Below are positions 41,650-50,815 of a DNA stretch of 64,000 nucleotides, one piece after another. The notes under the pieces were generated by a model. That model saw only the letters and a list, made by a program, of their open reading frames with translations, was not told the DNA's origin and searched no databases. The stretch's first letter is position 1, and every line of letters starts with the position of its first letter. A program made the position numbers and the translations under genes. Origin of the DNA: an uncultured Bacteroidia bacterium (GTDB taxonomy: Bacteria > Bacteroidota > Bacteroidia > Bacteroidales > ML635J-15); contig CADCCZ010000001.1 in the NCBI GenBank assembly GCA_902800045.1, forward strand, positions 436,640-500,639, read 5' to 3'.

Positions 41650-43632
41650 TTAATCCAAACTTGGAACGTAGTCGTTTGACAATACTCTCATTTCTATTCT
41701 ACGGTTTTGCTGGTTGGCGACTTCCTGTTGTTCCTTGGTAAGCGAGTTGATGAAACTTTCGTTCAGTTCGGAGCCTTTGGGCAGGAACGGATATGTTGGG
41801 TCGTATTTGGTTATGACCTTCGGCTTGCTTTCGCCGTATCCCTTTGCAACCATGCGTGCTGCAGGAATGCCTTTCGACTCGAAATATGAGGTAACCGAAT
41901 TTGCACGTTTCTGGCTGAGTTCCATGTTGCTCTGGTCGGAGCCAACCATATCGGTGTGTGCCGAAAGCTCAATAACAATGTTCGGGTTCTCGACCATTAT
42001 GCGGATTGTGCTGTCGAGGATTGCCTTAGATGGTTCGGTAAGTTCCCAGCGGCCGAAAGCAAACTCAATGTTTGGAATTTCGATTGTCTTGTTGAGGGTT
42101 TCGAGAAGAATGTCGTACTCGAAAGTCTTGTTGAACTCGAGCGAATCGGTTGAGAAACGAGACCTACCGTTGAAATATCCGTCTTTGGTAACTACGAACA
42201 CATAGTCGGTCTTGGCTTTCAGCTTGAATCCGAAAGTTTCCTTCTTGTTAGCTACGATGATTGTATCGCGGAACATGGATCCATCGCTGCCATAGAGTGT
42301 TATGAGGCTGGAATCGATGAGAGCCTTAGTGTCGGCATCGTGTACTGTGCCTTTCAGATTGAACTCTAATGGTGGCTTCTCGAAGAAATATATGTCTTCG
42401 CCTTTCGAACCTTTGCGGTCGGTGGTGAAATAACCCTTGTCCTCGTTCTTGTAGTAGTATATACCGAAGTCGTTGCCGTTGCTGCTGAACGGGTAGCCCA
42501 TGTTCTGCGAATGCCAGTGGTTGTCTTCATCTTTGTATGCGACAAAAATGTCGAGACCGCCCATTGTCGGGTGCTTGGTGCTGGAGTAGAACAAAGTGGT
42601 GTCGTTGCGCATGTATGGGAAAAGTTCGTCGCCTGCTGAATTTATGGCAGGGCCCATGTTCTTTGGTTTCGACCAATCAGAGCCTGCTTTTTCCGAGTAC
42701 CAAATGTCGGCACCGCCGTATCCGCCGTCGAGACGAGCCGAGAAGTAGATTATGCTTCCGTCGGGAGAAACCGTTGGGTGACCAATCGACAATGAGTCGG
42801 AAACTATGCCGAGGTTTGCAGGATTCATCCATTCGCCTTCAACTTTCTGTGCTTCATATATTTGGCAGCCAGTGTTCTTGCCTTTTTCGGCAATGCACGA
42901 GGTATAGTAGAACTTACGTCCCTGGTCGAAAATGCAGGGCGAACCTTCGTCGAAACGGGTATTTAGCGAGTCGAGTGCAGTTACATCTTCCCACTTGCCG
43001 TGACGGTCGAGCTTGGTGACAAAAAGGTCGGAGAACTTGGTGCCTGTGATTCCGCTAAGTTTCTTTCCTTTCGATTCCTCGCGTGTAGAGCTGAAATATA
43101 TATGGTCGAAACCGTCCTTTTCGTCGATGCTTGGACAGAAGTCGTTTGCCTTGGAATTAAGGTGCTTTGCTTTTTCGATAACCCAGCGTGTCGGCTTCTT
43201 GGTTTGCTCGATAGCCCAGTTTGCCGACTCAAGGCCTTTGCGGGCAACAGAGTCGTTGGGCTTAATTTCGAGAACCTGATTGTAGTATTCAATTGCGGTT
43301 TCGAAGTTGTCTTCCTGAATTTCTATTTCGGCAAGACGGTTCTTGGCAGGAACTTCAAAACCTTTGGATTTGGCGGCACGCTTGTAGTTTGAACGTGCTT
43401 TTTTGTAGTATCCCGACATGAAATAGCATTCGCCAATCTTGTAGTAGATTTCAATTTTGTCGTTCTTGTTCTTGATTTTTTTCAGAATGGCGGTGTATTC
43501 CTCCATGGCCTTGTAGTATTCCTCAGCCTCGAAACTTTCGTCGGCACGGCGGAGCTTTTTCTCCTGAGCGCTTGTCGCTGAGAAGATTACAACTGCGAGG
43601 AGCAATGTTAATATGTACTTGAGTACTTTCAT
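41650..43632 (-). CDS. PorE-like protein (TPR, PD40 propeller, CarboxypepD-reg, OmpA peptidoglycan-binding domain)
   Basis: TPR N-terminus; GGYGGADIW and GGLDIF PD40 motifs; LSAHTD...NMELSQKRA...GYGESKP...NRR OmpA domain. Confidence 0.88.
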   Translation of the reverse strand: MKVLKYILTLLLAVVIFSATSAQEKKLRRADESFEAEEYYKAMEEYTAILKKIKNKNDKIEIYYKIGECYFMSGYYKKARSNYKRAAKSKGFEVPAKNRLAEIEIQEDNFETAIEYYNQVLEIKPNDSVARKGLESANWAIEQTKKPTRWVIEKAKHLNSKANDFCPSIDEKDGFDHIYFSSTREESKGKKLSGITGTKFSDLFVTKLDRHGKWEDVTALDSLNTRFDEGSPCIFDQGRKFYYTSCIAEKGKNTGCQIYEAQKVEGEWMNPANLGIVSDSLSIGHPTVSPDGSIIYFSARLDGGYGGADIWYSEKAGSDWSKPKNMGPAINSAGDELFPYMRNDTTLFYSSTKHPTMGGLDIFVAYKDEDNHWHSQNMGYPFSSNGNDFGIYYYKNEDKGYFTTDRKGSKGEDIYFFEKPPLEFNLKGTVHDADTKALIDSSLITLYGSDGSMFRDTIIVANKKETFGFKLKAKTDYVFVVTKDGYFNGRSRFSTDSLEFNKTFEYDILLETLNKTIEIPNIEFAFGRWELTEPSKAILDSTIRIMVENPNIVIELSAHTDMVGSDQSNMELSQKRANSVTSYFESKGIPAARMVAKGYGESKPKVITKYDPTYPFLPKGSELNESFINSLTKEQQEVANQQNRRIEMRVLSNDYVPSLD

Positions 43633-43701
43633 TTCGATATTTTACCGTCCATATAACTGAAAAACACCTATTTTATTATTCGGCTGGCAAAATTAATCAT
43701 T

Positions 43702-43971
43702 TTAGCAATAGTTATAGATGGCTACAGCAATAAAAAATATCCACAATGCAAGTATTATGAAACTTATTAGCTTGTAGGACATTTTCTGATTTTTGTGCCT
43801 GATTGTGAACATGAGGAATATCACCGAGAAGATGCCTCCCATGAGTTCGAACAGGTGAAGAATGGATTCGGGGATGCGGCGCTTGTCCTTTTTTGCTCTG
43901 CGCTTGTCGGCACAGAAAAGGATGGTTGCAATGATATTTATTATTATAAGGTATGTTATTGCAAGTTTCAT
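43702..43971 (-). CDS. DUF1294 family membrane protein
   Basis: DKRRAKK..RRIPE..L....GG and RHK motifs. Confidence 0.85.
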   Translation of the reverse strand: MKLAITYLIIINIIATILFCADKRRAKKDKRRIPESILHLFELMGGIFSVIFLMFTIRHKNQKMSYKLISFIILALWIFFIAVAIYNYC

Positions 43972-43995
43972 GCGTTTCGAATTTGTCTGCTATTA

Positions 43996-44028
43996 AAAAC
44001 AAAAGAGTTCGGAAATCCGAACTCTTTG
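43996..44028 (-). terminator. Intrinsic terminator downstream of tRNA-3'-end remnant
   Basis: AAAGAGTTCGG-ATTT-CCGAACTCTTT hairpin followed by TGTTTTT on the - strand. Confidence 0.75.
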
Positions 44029-44030
44029 TG

Positions 44031-44040
44031 TGGTACCTCC
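44031..44040 (-). other. Putative prophage att core: tRNA 3' end remnant (GGAGGTACCA, possibly tRNA-Phe)
   Basis: CCA-ending acceptor-strand-like 10-mer directly followed by a terminator, 120 bp from the integrase stop. Confidence 0.55.
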
Positions 44041-44158
44041 TGAACCATAGTCATATTTTCAACGAAAGTTAATTCGCTGAAACTGAATATATTTTGTAAA
44101 TTTATATACGGTTCAAAATTCATCTAAATACAACAAAATTTAATGAACTGAAAGACTT

Positions 44159-45433
44159 TTAGTCCGTTTTTAGTCCGTCCGTTCCGAACGTGTTGAACTT
44201 GTCCATCTCCTTTTTTTTGAGTTCGTCAACAATGTCGATGTAAGGTTTCATGGAGTTGTAATCTGAATGACCAGTCCATCGCATTATGACTTCTGCTGGT
44301 ATTCCCAAGTATAGAGAATTTACGACAAAAGTTTTCCTTCCGCAGTGCGTTGTGATAAGTTGCCATTTCTCATACACTTTTTCTTCGCGTTTGCTTCCGC
44401 TGTACTGGACGATTTTAATCTTGTCGTTCATTTCAGCCATACGGCAGATAGTCTTTAGGTGCTCGTTTTCCTTTTGGTTGCAGAACACAGGCAGAGCCTT
44501 GTTATTTGGCAGAGGAACATCTTCGTACTTGTCGAGTATTGCCTTTGAATATTTGTTTAGTTCCACTTCAAGGCTGTCGGTTGTTTTCTGTGTCGTAAAT
44601 TTTATCTTGCCGTCAACGATGTCGGATTTCTGCAGCTTGCGAACATCGGAGTATCGAAGTCCAGAGAAACAGCAGAAGCAGAATACATCGCGAGCCTGCG
44701 AATACTTAACTCTGTCGAAATCCATATTGTAAAGCCTTTGCAGTTCCTCCCAAGTAAGGTAGATTATAGGTGCATCCGCTTTCTTTAGGCGAGGTTTGAA
44801 GTTTTCGTGTGCCTTGCCGTTATATAGTCCACTCTTTGAACACCAGCGCAGGAACCAGAGGAATAACTTTATGTTCTTTGCAATCGTTGTGTTTTGATTT
44901 CCTTTGTCAATAAGGTATTTCTGAAAACCAAGCATAGTGTCTTCCGTGATAGAGTTTACCTGTATGTTTGGGCAGAAATCATTTAGCAGGTTGCGAAGCC
45001 GTTTGAACTCCGCTATTGTTCCGCTCTGCCATTCGTTCTGCAGGCTCATCTTCTTGACAAAGGTGTCGTATGTGTCAAGTATGGTACGGATGTCTGATAC
45101 TTCTATCTTTCCGAATGTTGCATTAAAGGACTGCTTGAACTCGTCAACGGTCGGTACTAGACTTTTGTTGTAGAACTGCTGGAATATTTCTTCGGCAGTC
45201 TGCTCGAAGAGTGTCATTTTCCTGTTGATCTCGCTTGCAGGTATTTTGTCTGGTCCATGAGTAGTGTTTATTCGTGCGCGGTTTTGGTCTTTGAGATACT
45301 TGTTGCTTTCTATGGCATATCCGAGTGCAAATGCAGCAATGCACTTGCTGCCATTCCATTTTACTCGCATACGGAGACGGAATGATGTCGCATTGATTTT
45401 GTCTTGTACCCAGTTAATCCTGTAAAGTATCAT
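44159..45433 (-). CDS. int: Tyrosine recombinase / phage integrase
   Basis: Catalytic motifs SGLRYSD, QKT, HCGRKTF, TGHS and KPY; N-terminal arm-binding region. Likely start MILYRIN at 45433. Direct repeat TTTTAGTCCGT x2 at the stop resembles arm sites. Confidence 0.92.
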   Translation of the reverse strand: MILYRINWVQDKINATSFRLRMRVKWNGSKCIAAFALGYAIESNKYLKDQNRARINTTHGPDKIPASEINRKMTLFEQTAEEIFQQFYNKSLVPTVDEFKQSFNATFGKIEVSDIRTILDTYDTFVKKMSLQNEWQSGTIAEFKRLRNLLNDFCPNIQVNSITEDTMLGFQKYLIDKGNQNTTIAKNIKLFLWFLRWCSKSGLYNGKAHENFKPRLKKADAPIIYLTWEELQRLYNMDFDRVKYSQARDVFCFCCFSGLRYSDVRKLQKSDIVDGKIKFTTQKTTDSLEVELNKYSKAILDKYEDVPLPNNKALPVFCNQKENEHLKTICRMAEMNDKIKIVQYSGSKREEKVYEKWQLITTHCGRKTFVVNSLYLGIPAEVIMRWTGHSDYNSMKPYIDIVDELKKKEMDKFNTFGTDGLKTD

Positions 45434-45680
45434 AAAAGTTTCCCTTTCCGAGCAGAATCCACTTTGGAGATATGTTATAGTCGTTGCACAGATATGCCAC
45501 ATACTCGCATTTGAGTATTGTATTTTGGGGTTTGTTCTTTACTGTGATAAGATTCCACCTGTTGATGCCGTGCTTCTTTGTGAAGGTCTGCAATCCTCTT
45601 ATTTTGCCGTCCCTCGCAAGGATGTCAATGGCATCGAAGAACCGCCTTGTAATATCAATTCCTGACTGGCTGATTATCAT
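45414..45680 (-). CDS. Small HTH-like phage protein
   Basis: 88 aa ending YNISPKWILLGKG, typical of XRE/CI-type domains; overlaps the integrase start. Confidence 0.65.
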   Translation of the reverse strand: MIISQSGIDITRRFFDAIDILARDGKIRGLQTFTKKHGINRWNLITVKNKPQNTILKCEYVAYLCNDYNISPKWILLGKGNFYDTLQD

Positions 45681-45870
45681 GGTACAGTATGTTTTCTAAT
45701 TCAGATATGTATTCGTCTATTTCGCAGGTGTCGATACCAGAGACAACCAGTCTGTCGCGTTCCAGAGTTGCTTTTATGAGTTCCATATCCACATCGTCAA
45801 TGTCAACGGTCATGCCGGTTGCTATTCGCTTGTACATTTCAAGAATGTATCTTGTCTGTGTCAGGTTCAT
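45655..45870 (-). CDS. Hypothetical phage protein
   Basis: 71-aa ORF tightly packed between the repressor and the HTH gene. Confidence 0.55.
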   Translation of the reverse strand: MNLTQTRYILEMYKRIATGMTVDIDDVDMELIKATLERDRLVVSGIDTCEIDEYISELENILYHDNQPVRN

Positions 45871-45872
45871 GG

Positions 45873-46307
45873 CTAATCAAGTTTAGTTACCAGTTTTTCA
45901 AGAAGCATTCCGATTTGCTTTCTCATTTCCTTGTTTTCCTCAATAAGTTTATCCTGCTGCTTTATGAGCTGGTCGATAAGCAGGTTCTTCTGGTCGAGTT
46001 CCTTATACATCGAATATTCAATCTCGGAATTTTGAGAGCTTTCTGCTGGAACCATCTTGTCCTGCTCCTTTGTGTCGGGTTCGACCTTTACGAATTTCTT
46101 TAGCATAGGCTGATGGCCGTACAACAGGAAGTCAAGGCTTATCTCTGGCAGTTTCTTCAACAGAATCTCCATATCGAAGGTATCACGCATAAACCACTTG
46201 TTCAAAGTTTGCGGAGAAATGTCCAGGAACTTCGCCAACTGGCTTTGTTTCCTGAATCCCTTGTAGGTCATAATCTCGCTTAAAATCCTCTTTTTCAATC
46301 CGTTCAT
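45873..46307 (-). CDS. CI-like repressor (HTH plus coiled coil, no S24 peptidase domain)
   Basis: QSQLAKFLDISPQTLNKW HTH and ISLDFLLYG motif; divergent from the Cro-like gene. Confidence 0.78.
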   Translation of the reverse strand: MNGLKKRILSEIMTYKGFRKQSQLAKFLDISPQTLNKWFMRDTFDMEILLKKLPEISLDFLLYGHQPMLKKFVKVEPDTKEQDKMVPAESSQNSEIEYSMYKELDQKNLLIDQLIKQQDKLIEENKEMRKQIGMLLEKLVTKLD

Positions 46308-46316
46308 ATTTCTTTG

Positions 46317-46413
46317 TAAAAAAATGTCTATAAAATTTTGTCAATAATAAAAAAATGTATAGTTTTGCACCATTATTAATAATAATATTATTGTTAATAA
46401 CAATGCAAATGTA
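46317..46413. promoter_or_regulatory. Lysis/lysogeny switch: two operators and face-to-face promoters
   Basis: TAAAAAAATGTCTA (46317) and TAAAAAAATGTATA (46348); + strand TAGTTTTG at 46360; - strand TACATTTG at 46406-46413. Confidence 0.65.
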
Positions 46414-46461
46414 ACTCGTTTCATTGGATTGGCAATATTTGTTTAATTAAATTTTTGAAAA

Positions 46462-46689
46462 ATGAAGCAGACGCACCAAAATTTCAAGGACTTTTTGAAC
46501 GGTCTTGGTTATCCGAAAGTACGGTTCTGGAGAGAGAACCTAAAGGATGGCAACAAGGGAATAGCGATAGGTTATTCCACATTTACGCTATGGAGCAAAT
46601 TCGACTGCAAGCCTAACGAAAGCAATCTTAACGCACTTGCTGAAATAACTGGCATACCAGCAGACGAGTTGTTTTTGGAACACAAATAG
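46462..46689 (+). CDS. Cro-like HTH protein
   Basis: First rightward gene; ALAEITGIPADELF ending typical of XRE HTH domains. Confidence 0.65.
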   Translation: MKQTHQNFKDFLNGLGYPKVRFWRENLKDGNKGIAIGYSTFTLWSKFDCKPNESNLNALAEITGIPADELFLEHK

Positions 46690-46699
46690 GTATATAGTT

Positions 46700-47245
46700 A
46701 TGAGAATTGCAGGAGTAGAATTTTACAGGTATAACAGCGAAGTCTGGTACAGGTATTCTGGCAAGCACGAAATGCTTACCGAGAATAGTGACGAGATAAT
46801 AGACTACATGATGAACTTCCTTGTAAACAGATGTACGGAAGCCTACAATGCCCTGTGCAAGATATATGTCAAGGTTGAGAACATCAGGCTGAAACGGTTC
46901 TGGATTGTATCTAGGTTTGTCCGTTGCAACTTCGGGATTATAGACCAGAAACTTGACATTGACAATGACGAAAGTGTAAACTTCGAGTTTGTACAATGCC
47001 CATTGCGAGGTGAATGCAAGTACGAGAATGTAGTGTGCAATCCCACCTTTAACTCAAAGGTTAGCGAAACGGAGAAGCAGGTACTTAAACTTGTGTTTGA
47101 AGGATATAGCATTGATGAAATATCTGACAGGCTGTGCAGATCGCCATACACAATACGCAACCACATAAGCAACAGCTATGTAAAACTTGGTGTCCACAGC
47201 AAGGCGGAGTTTATGGACTATGCCCACAAGAACAAGATGTTCTAA
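46700..47245 (+). CDS. LuxR-type HTH phage regulator
   Basis: N-terminal CPLRGECKYE Cys motif; C-terminal SETEKQVLKL..EGYS.DEISDRL..SPYTIRNH....YVKLGV LuxR HTH. Confidence 0.8.
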   Translation: MRIAGVEFYRYNSEVWYRYSGKHEMLTENSDEIIDYMMNFLVNRCTEAYNALCKIYVKVENIRLKRFWIVSRFVRCNFGIIDQKLDIDNDESVNFEFVQCPLRGECKYENVVCNPTFNSKVSETEKQVLKLVFEGYSIDEISDRLCRSPYTIRNHISNSYVKLGVHSKAEFMDYAHKNKMF

Positions 47246-47340
47246 TTTTTTTTTGAAAATATGATAAAAATATTTTGATAAAATTTGGCTATTTGTAAAA
47301 AATTGTATATTTTTACATCAATTATTAAAACAACATCAAA

Positions 47341-47646
47341 ATGCAGATGAGTGAAGATACAAGAATAATAGACCTGAATGTTGGCGAGTTACAGCAACTG
47401 ATTGCCAGCGAACTGGCAAAGATTCAGGTTCAGACCAATCAGGTGTCGCAGGATAGCGGTTGGTGCAGGGGACTGCAGGAGTTTGCAGATTTTCTGGGAT
47501 GTTCTCTCGGAACAGCCAACAAGATAAAGTCAAGCGGTAAGATTGACGATGCAGTTTGTCAGTATGGAAGAATGATAATGATAAACAAGTCGAGGGCGCT
47601 TGAGTTGATTAAAATGAGTAATGTTTTAAAAAAGATAAAGAAATGA
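47341..47646 (+). CDS. DUF3853-family protein (excisionase-like)
   Basis: IDLNVGEL...GLQEFADFLGCS..TANKIKSSGKIDDAV.QYGR.I motif. Confidence 0.75.
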   Translation: MQMSEDTRIIDLNVGELQQLIASELAKIQVQTNQVSQDSGWCRGLQEFADFLGCSLGTANKIKSSGKIDDAVCQYGRMIMINKSRALELIKMSNVLKKIKK

Positions 47647-47810
47647 GAAAGCTGTTTTGTTATTTCACCGCCTTGCTGTTTAGCATATTGGCAATATGTT
47701 CGCTCACAGGAGCAATCTTTTACGATGCTTTGCACCAGTTATGGCTGCTTGTTCCTGAACTGATATTCGCAGTTATGTATTTTGTTGAAGCGAAGAAAGA
47801 AGAAGCATGA
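47643..47810 (+). CDS. Small two-TM membrane protein (55 aa)
   Basis: MRKLFCYFTALLFSILAICSLTGAIF...; ATGA overlap with the upstream stop. Confidence 0.6.
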   Translation: MRKLFCYFTALLFSILAICSLTGAIFYDALHQLWLLVPELIFAVMYFVEAKKEEA

Positions 47811-47889
47811 TACTTTATTCTATACATAAGTTAATTTTCAGTGGTTTCCAACCTCGTCCTGTCGTGATGATAGTGCGAGGTTTTATCTC

Positions 47890-47963
47890 GGCCAGTACTC
47901 TCCTAGTGGGTAGGGGAAGCATAAAAGCCTCGGGGGTGCAGGGTTCGATTCCTTGTCTGGCCA
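47890..47963 (+). tRNA. Degenerate tRNA-like element (anticodon not assignable)
   Basis: GGCCAG/CTGGCC acceptor, D-like arm TCCT-AGTGGGT-AGGG, T arm GCAGGG-TTCGATT-CCTTGT; anticodon stem has a mismatch and a 6-nt loop. Confidence 0.5.
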
Positions 47964-47988
47964 CAGTGAATTTTAAAGTAAAGTAAAG

Positions 47989-49977
47989 ATGAAGATTAAA
48001 AAGATTTTGATTGAAAACTTCAAGGGAATAAAGAGCCTTGAAGCAGACTTCGGGGATGCAGTATGTATCTCGGGTCGCAACGGAAGCGGAAAGTCGTCAG
48101 TAATGGATGCCTACTTCTGGTGCCTGTTCAATAAGAACGGACAAGGAAGCCAGTTCGTAGCATATCCGCTTGACAAGAACAACGAGCCGATACATAAGGT
48201 TCAGACCAGTGTCGAGTTGATACTTGACAACAATGGCGTTGATGTATCGGTAAAGAGAACGCAGTCGGAGGACTGGTCGAAGCCAACAGGAAAGACTGTT
48301 GAGAAACTGAAAGGCTACAAGCAGGAAAGGTTCATTGACGGTGTTCCTTTGGGAGTTCAGGAGTTTGGCAACAGACTGAACGAAATGCTCAATACTGACG
48401 ATTGGTTTATGTTATCCTCTATCTCGGCATTTATGTCGATGAAGATGGAAGACAGGCGCAGACGATTGATGAAGCTTGTTCTGGAAGTAAGTGACGAAGA
48501 CTTGGCAAAAGATTTTCCAATGCTGCTTGCAGAACTAAGAAAGGGCAAGACCATTGAGGACATTGCAGTAACGGCAAAGATGAGCAAGAAGAAGGCTGAT
48601 AATGACCTTCTATTAATGCCAGCCAGAATGGATCAGAACGAGAAACTGAAAGTAGCATACGACTTCAATGCCCTTGAAGCGGAAGCCAATACCATAGACA
48701 CAGAAATATCTGCACTCCGCCACGAGATAGAAAGTTCATCGGTTGACCGTGACCTTGAAAAGTCGGAAGAATTGAGAAAGAAACTCTCGGCTATTGCAAA
48801 GGAAATGTGCAATCTGGAAGACAAGGTTCGTAGCGAGGTTAACAGGGCAATATCGGAAATCAACACGAAGAAGTCAAATGCTGAAATCAGTTACAAGACA
48901 TCACAAGGAAAGATTACTTCCTTGGAGAACCTTGAAAAGCAGTACTACTCGGAGATTCACGGTGACGGTGGTCTGGAAAACAAGTTGAACTCTCTCCGTA
49001 CAGAATGGAAGGAGTGCAACAGCAGGGACACGGAACAGGAAGTCTCTCGATGGGCAAAGGAACACGCAGACGATGTTACAACTGTTTGTCCTACCTGTGG
49101 ACAGGCTCTGCCGGTTGAAATGGTGGAGAACAGCAGAAACATTGCGGTGGAAGGATATAGGAACAAGATTAATGGAGATAAGGTATCTACACTTCGCTCG
49201 ATAGAATCGGAAGCAAAATCGGTAAAGGCGAAGATTGAAGAACACGAAAGAATGTTGGTAAGCAATGCCGAACTCATAAAGCAGGAACGCGAGAAACTTG
49301 AATCCTATGGAACTACGATAAAGGAGTGTGACGAAAGACTTTCCAAGTGCGAGACATACGAATCGGCAATATCGAAGAATGAGGAATACAAGTCCTTGTC
49401 GGAAAAGCAGGAAGAGTTGAAACAGCAAGTTAATTCTATCGGTCAGAACGATGAAATTAAGAATGAAAACGAATCGCGCAAGGCTCGTGTAAAGGAACTT
49501 GAAGGAAAATTGAAGGAAGTTCGCGACAAGCTTGCACAGAAGCAGGCAAACGAAAGGTGCGACAAGCAGAGACTTGAACTCGAAAAGGAAAACAAAGACC
49601 TGTTACAGGCGGTTGCAGACTGCGAGAAGATGCTGAATGATATTATGCTATTCAAGAAAGCCAAGATGATAATGCTTGAGAATAGAGTAAACAGCCTGTT
49701 CAAGATAGTAAGGTTCAAGATGTACGAACAGAATCTCACAAACGATGGAGAAAAGGAAATATGCCAGCCGATAGTTGACGGTGTCCCATACGAACTTTTA
49801 AATACGGCATCGAGAGTAAATGCTGGTGTTGACATCATCAACGGTATCAGCGAAGCACTTGGTGTTCAAGTTCCTATATTCGTTGACAACAAGGAAAGCG
49901 TATCGGTGCTGATCGGAACCAGACAGCAGACGATAACACTTGAAGTTGACAAGAACAGCGATTTAAGAATAATGTAA
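47989..49977 (+). CDS. Rad50/SbcC-like coiled-coil ATPase (AAA_23)
   Basis: Walker A GRNGSGKS, long coiled coil with CPTC zinc hook, Walker B IFVDNKES. Confidence 0.82.
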   Translation: MKIKKILIENFKGIKSLEADFGDAVCISGRNGSGKSSVMDAYFWCLFNKNGQGSQFVAYPLDKNNEPIHKVQTSVELILDNNGVDVSVKRTQSEDWSKPTGKTVEKLKGYKQERFIDGVPLGVQEFGNRLNEMLNTDDWFMLSSISAFMSMKMEDRRRRLMKLVLEVSDEDLAKDFPMLLAELRKGKTIEDIAVTAKMSKKKADNDLLLMPARMDQNEKLKVAYDFNALEAEANTIDTEISALRHEIESSSVDRDLEKSEELRKKLSAIAKEMCNLEDKVRSEVNRAISEINTKKSNAEISYKTSQGKITSLENLEKQYYSEIHGDGGLENKLNSLRTEWKECNSRDTEQEVSRWAKEHADDVTTVCPTCGQALPVEMVENSRNIAVEGYRNKINGDKVSTLRSIESEAKSVKAKIEEHERMLVSNAELIKQEREKLESYGTTIKECDERLSKCETYESAISKNEEYKSLSEKQEELKQQVNSIGQNDEIKNENESRKARVKELEGKLKEVRDKLAQKQANERCDKQRLELEKENKDLLQAVADCEKMLNDIMLFKKAKMIMLENRVNSLFKIVRFKMYEQNLTNDGEKEICQPIVDGVPYELLNTASRVNAGVDIINGISEALGVQVPIFVDNKESVSVLIGTRQQTITLEVDKNSDLRIM

Positions 49978-50002
49978 TGTTTAATTTTAAAGATATAAGA
50001 AA

Positions 50003-50755
50003 ATGGCAACAGAAACAACGACGACAGCAGCAGTGGCTGCAACACAGAAAGACGGAAACGGAGTTAGTTACATCGCTAATGGCGAGGAAATTAAACTCAG
50101 CAAGCAGATAGTAAGGAACTATCTCACGAAGGGCAACGACAAGGTATCTGACACGGACATTGTTCAGTTTATGGCAGTGTGCAAGTACCAGCAGTTGAAT
50201 CCATTCCTGAACGAAGCGTACTTGGTTAAGTTTGCAGGAAGTCCAGCACAGATAATCACTAGCAAGGAAGCCTATTTCAAGAGAGCCGAAGCAGATGAGA
50301 ATTATGACGGCTATCAGGCAGGTATCATAGTGACAGACAAGGACGGCAATATGGTTGAGAGGGAAGGAAACTTCTGCCTTGCTACTGAAAAACTTGTAGG
50401 CGGATGGGCTGTAGTTTACAGAAAGGACAGGAAGTACCCAGCAGTATCGAGGGTTAATATCGAGGAGTACAACAAGGGTACTGCTACTTGGAAAAGTATG
50501 CCAAAGACAATGATTGCGAAGATAGCCAAGGTACAGGCGTTGAGAGAGGCGTTCCCTACCAAGTTGGGTGCGCTCTATGTGTCGGAGGAAGTGCAGGAAC
50601 GAGAAGTTGAAGATGTTCCATTTGAGGAAGTAAAGGAGAAGACGGCAAACAGCGTTCAGTTCCCAGTCCAGGACCAGGAGCCTAAACCAGAGCCAAAGCC
50701 AGCTCCATCGGTAGAACCAACTGCAGAAAAGGAAAAGGAGGAAGTGCCCTTTTAA
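50003..50755 (+). CDS. bet: Single-strand annealing protein Bet/RecT
   Basis: FMAVCKYQQLNPFLNEAYLVK, LVGGWAVVYRKD and W..MP.TMI.K.A..QALREAFP..LGALY..EE motifs. Confidence 0.88.
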   Translation: MATETTTTAAVAATQKDGNGVSYIANGEEIKLSKQIVRNYLTKGNDKVSDTDIVQFMAVCKYQQLNPFLNEAYLVKFAGSPAQIITSKEAYFKRAEADENYDGYQAGIIVTDKDGNMVEREGNFCLATEKLVGGWAVVYRKDRKYPAVSRVNIEEYNKGTATWKSMPKTMIAKIAKVQALREAFPTKLGALYVSEEVQEREVEDVPFEEVKEKTANSVQFPVQDQEPKPEPKPAPSVEPTAEKEKEEVPF

Positions 50756-50815
50756 TTATTCATCTATACAGACCGGAGGCGGGATTAGTCCTGCCTCCAT
50801 TAAAGCAAACTAGCA

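Noticed and set aside
45434-45502. N-terminal extension of the integrase in the ORF track
   Set aside because: Overlaps the upstream HTH gene; ATG 45433 gives a more typical start.
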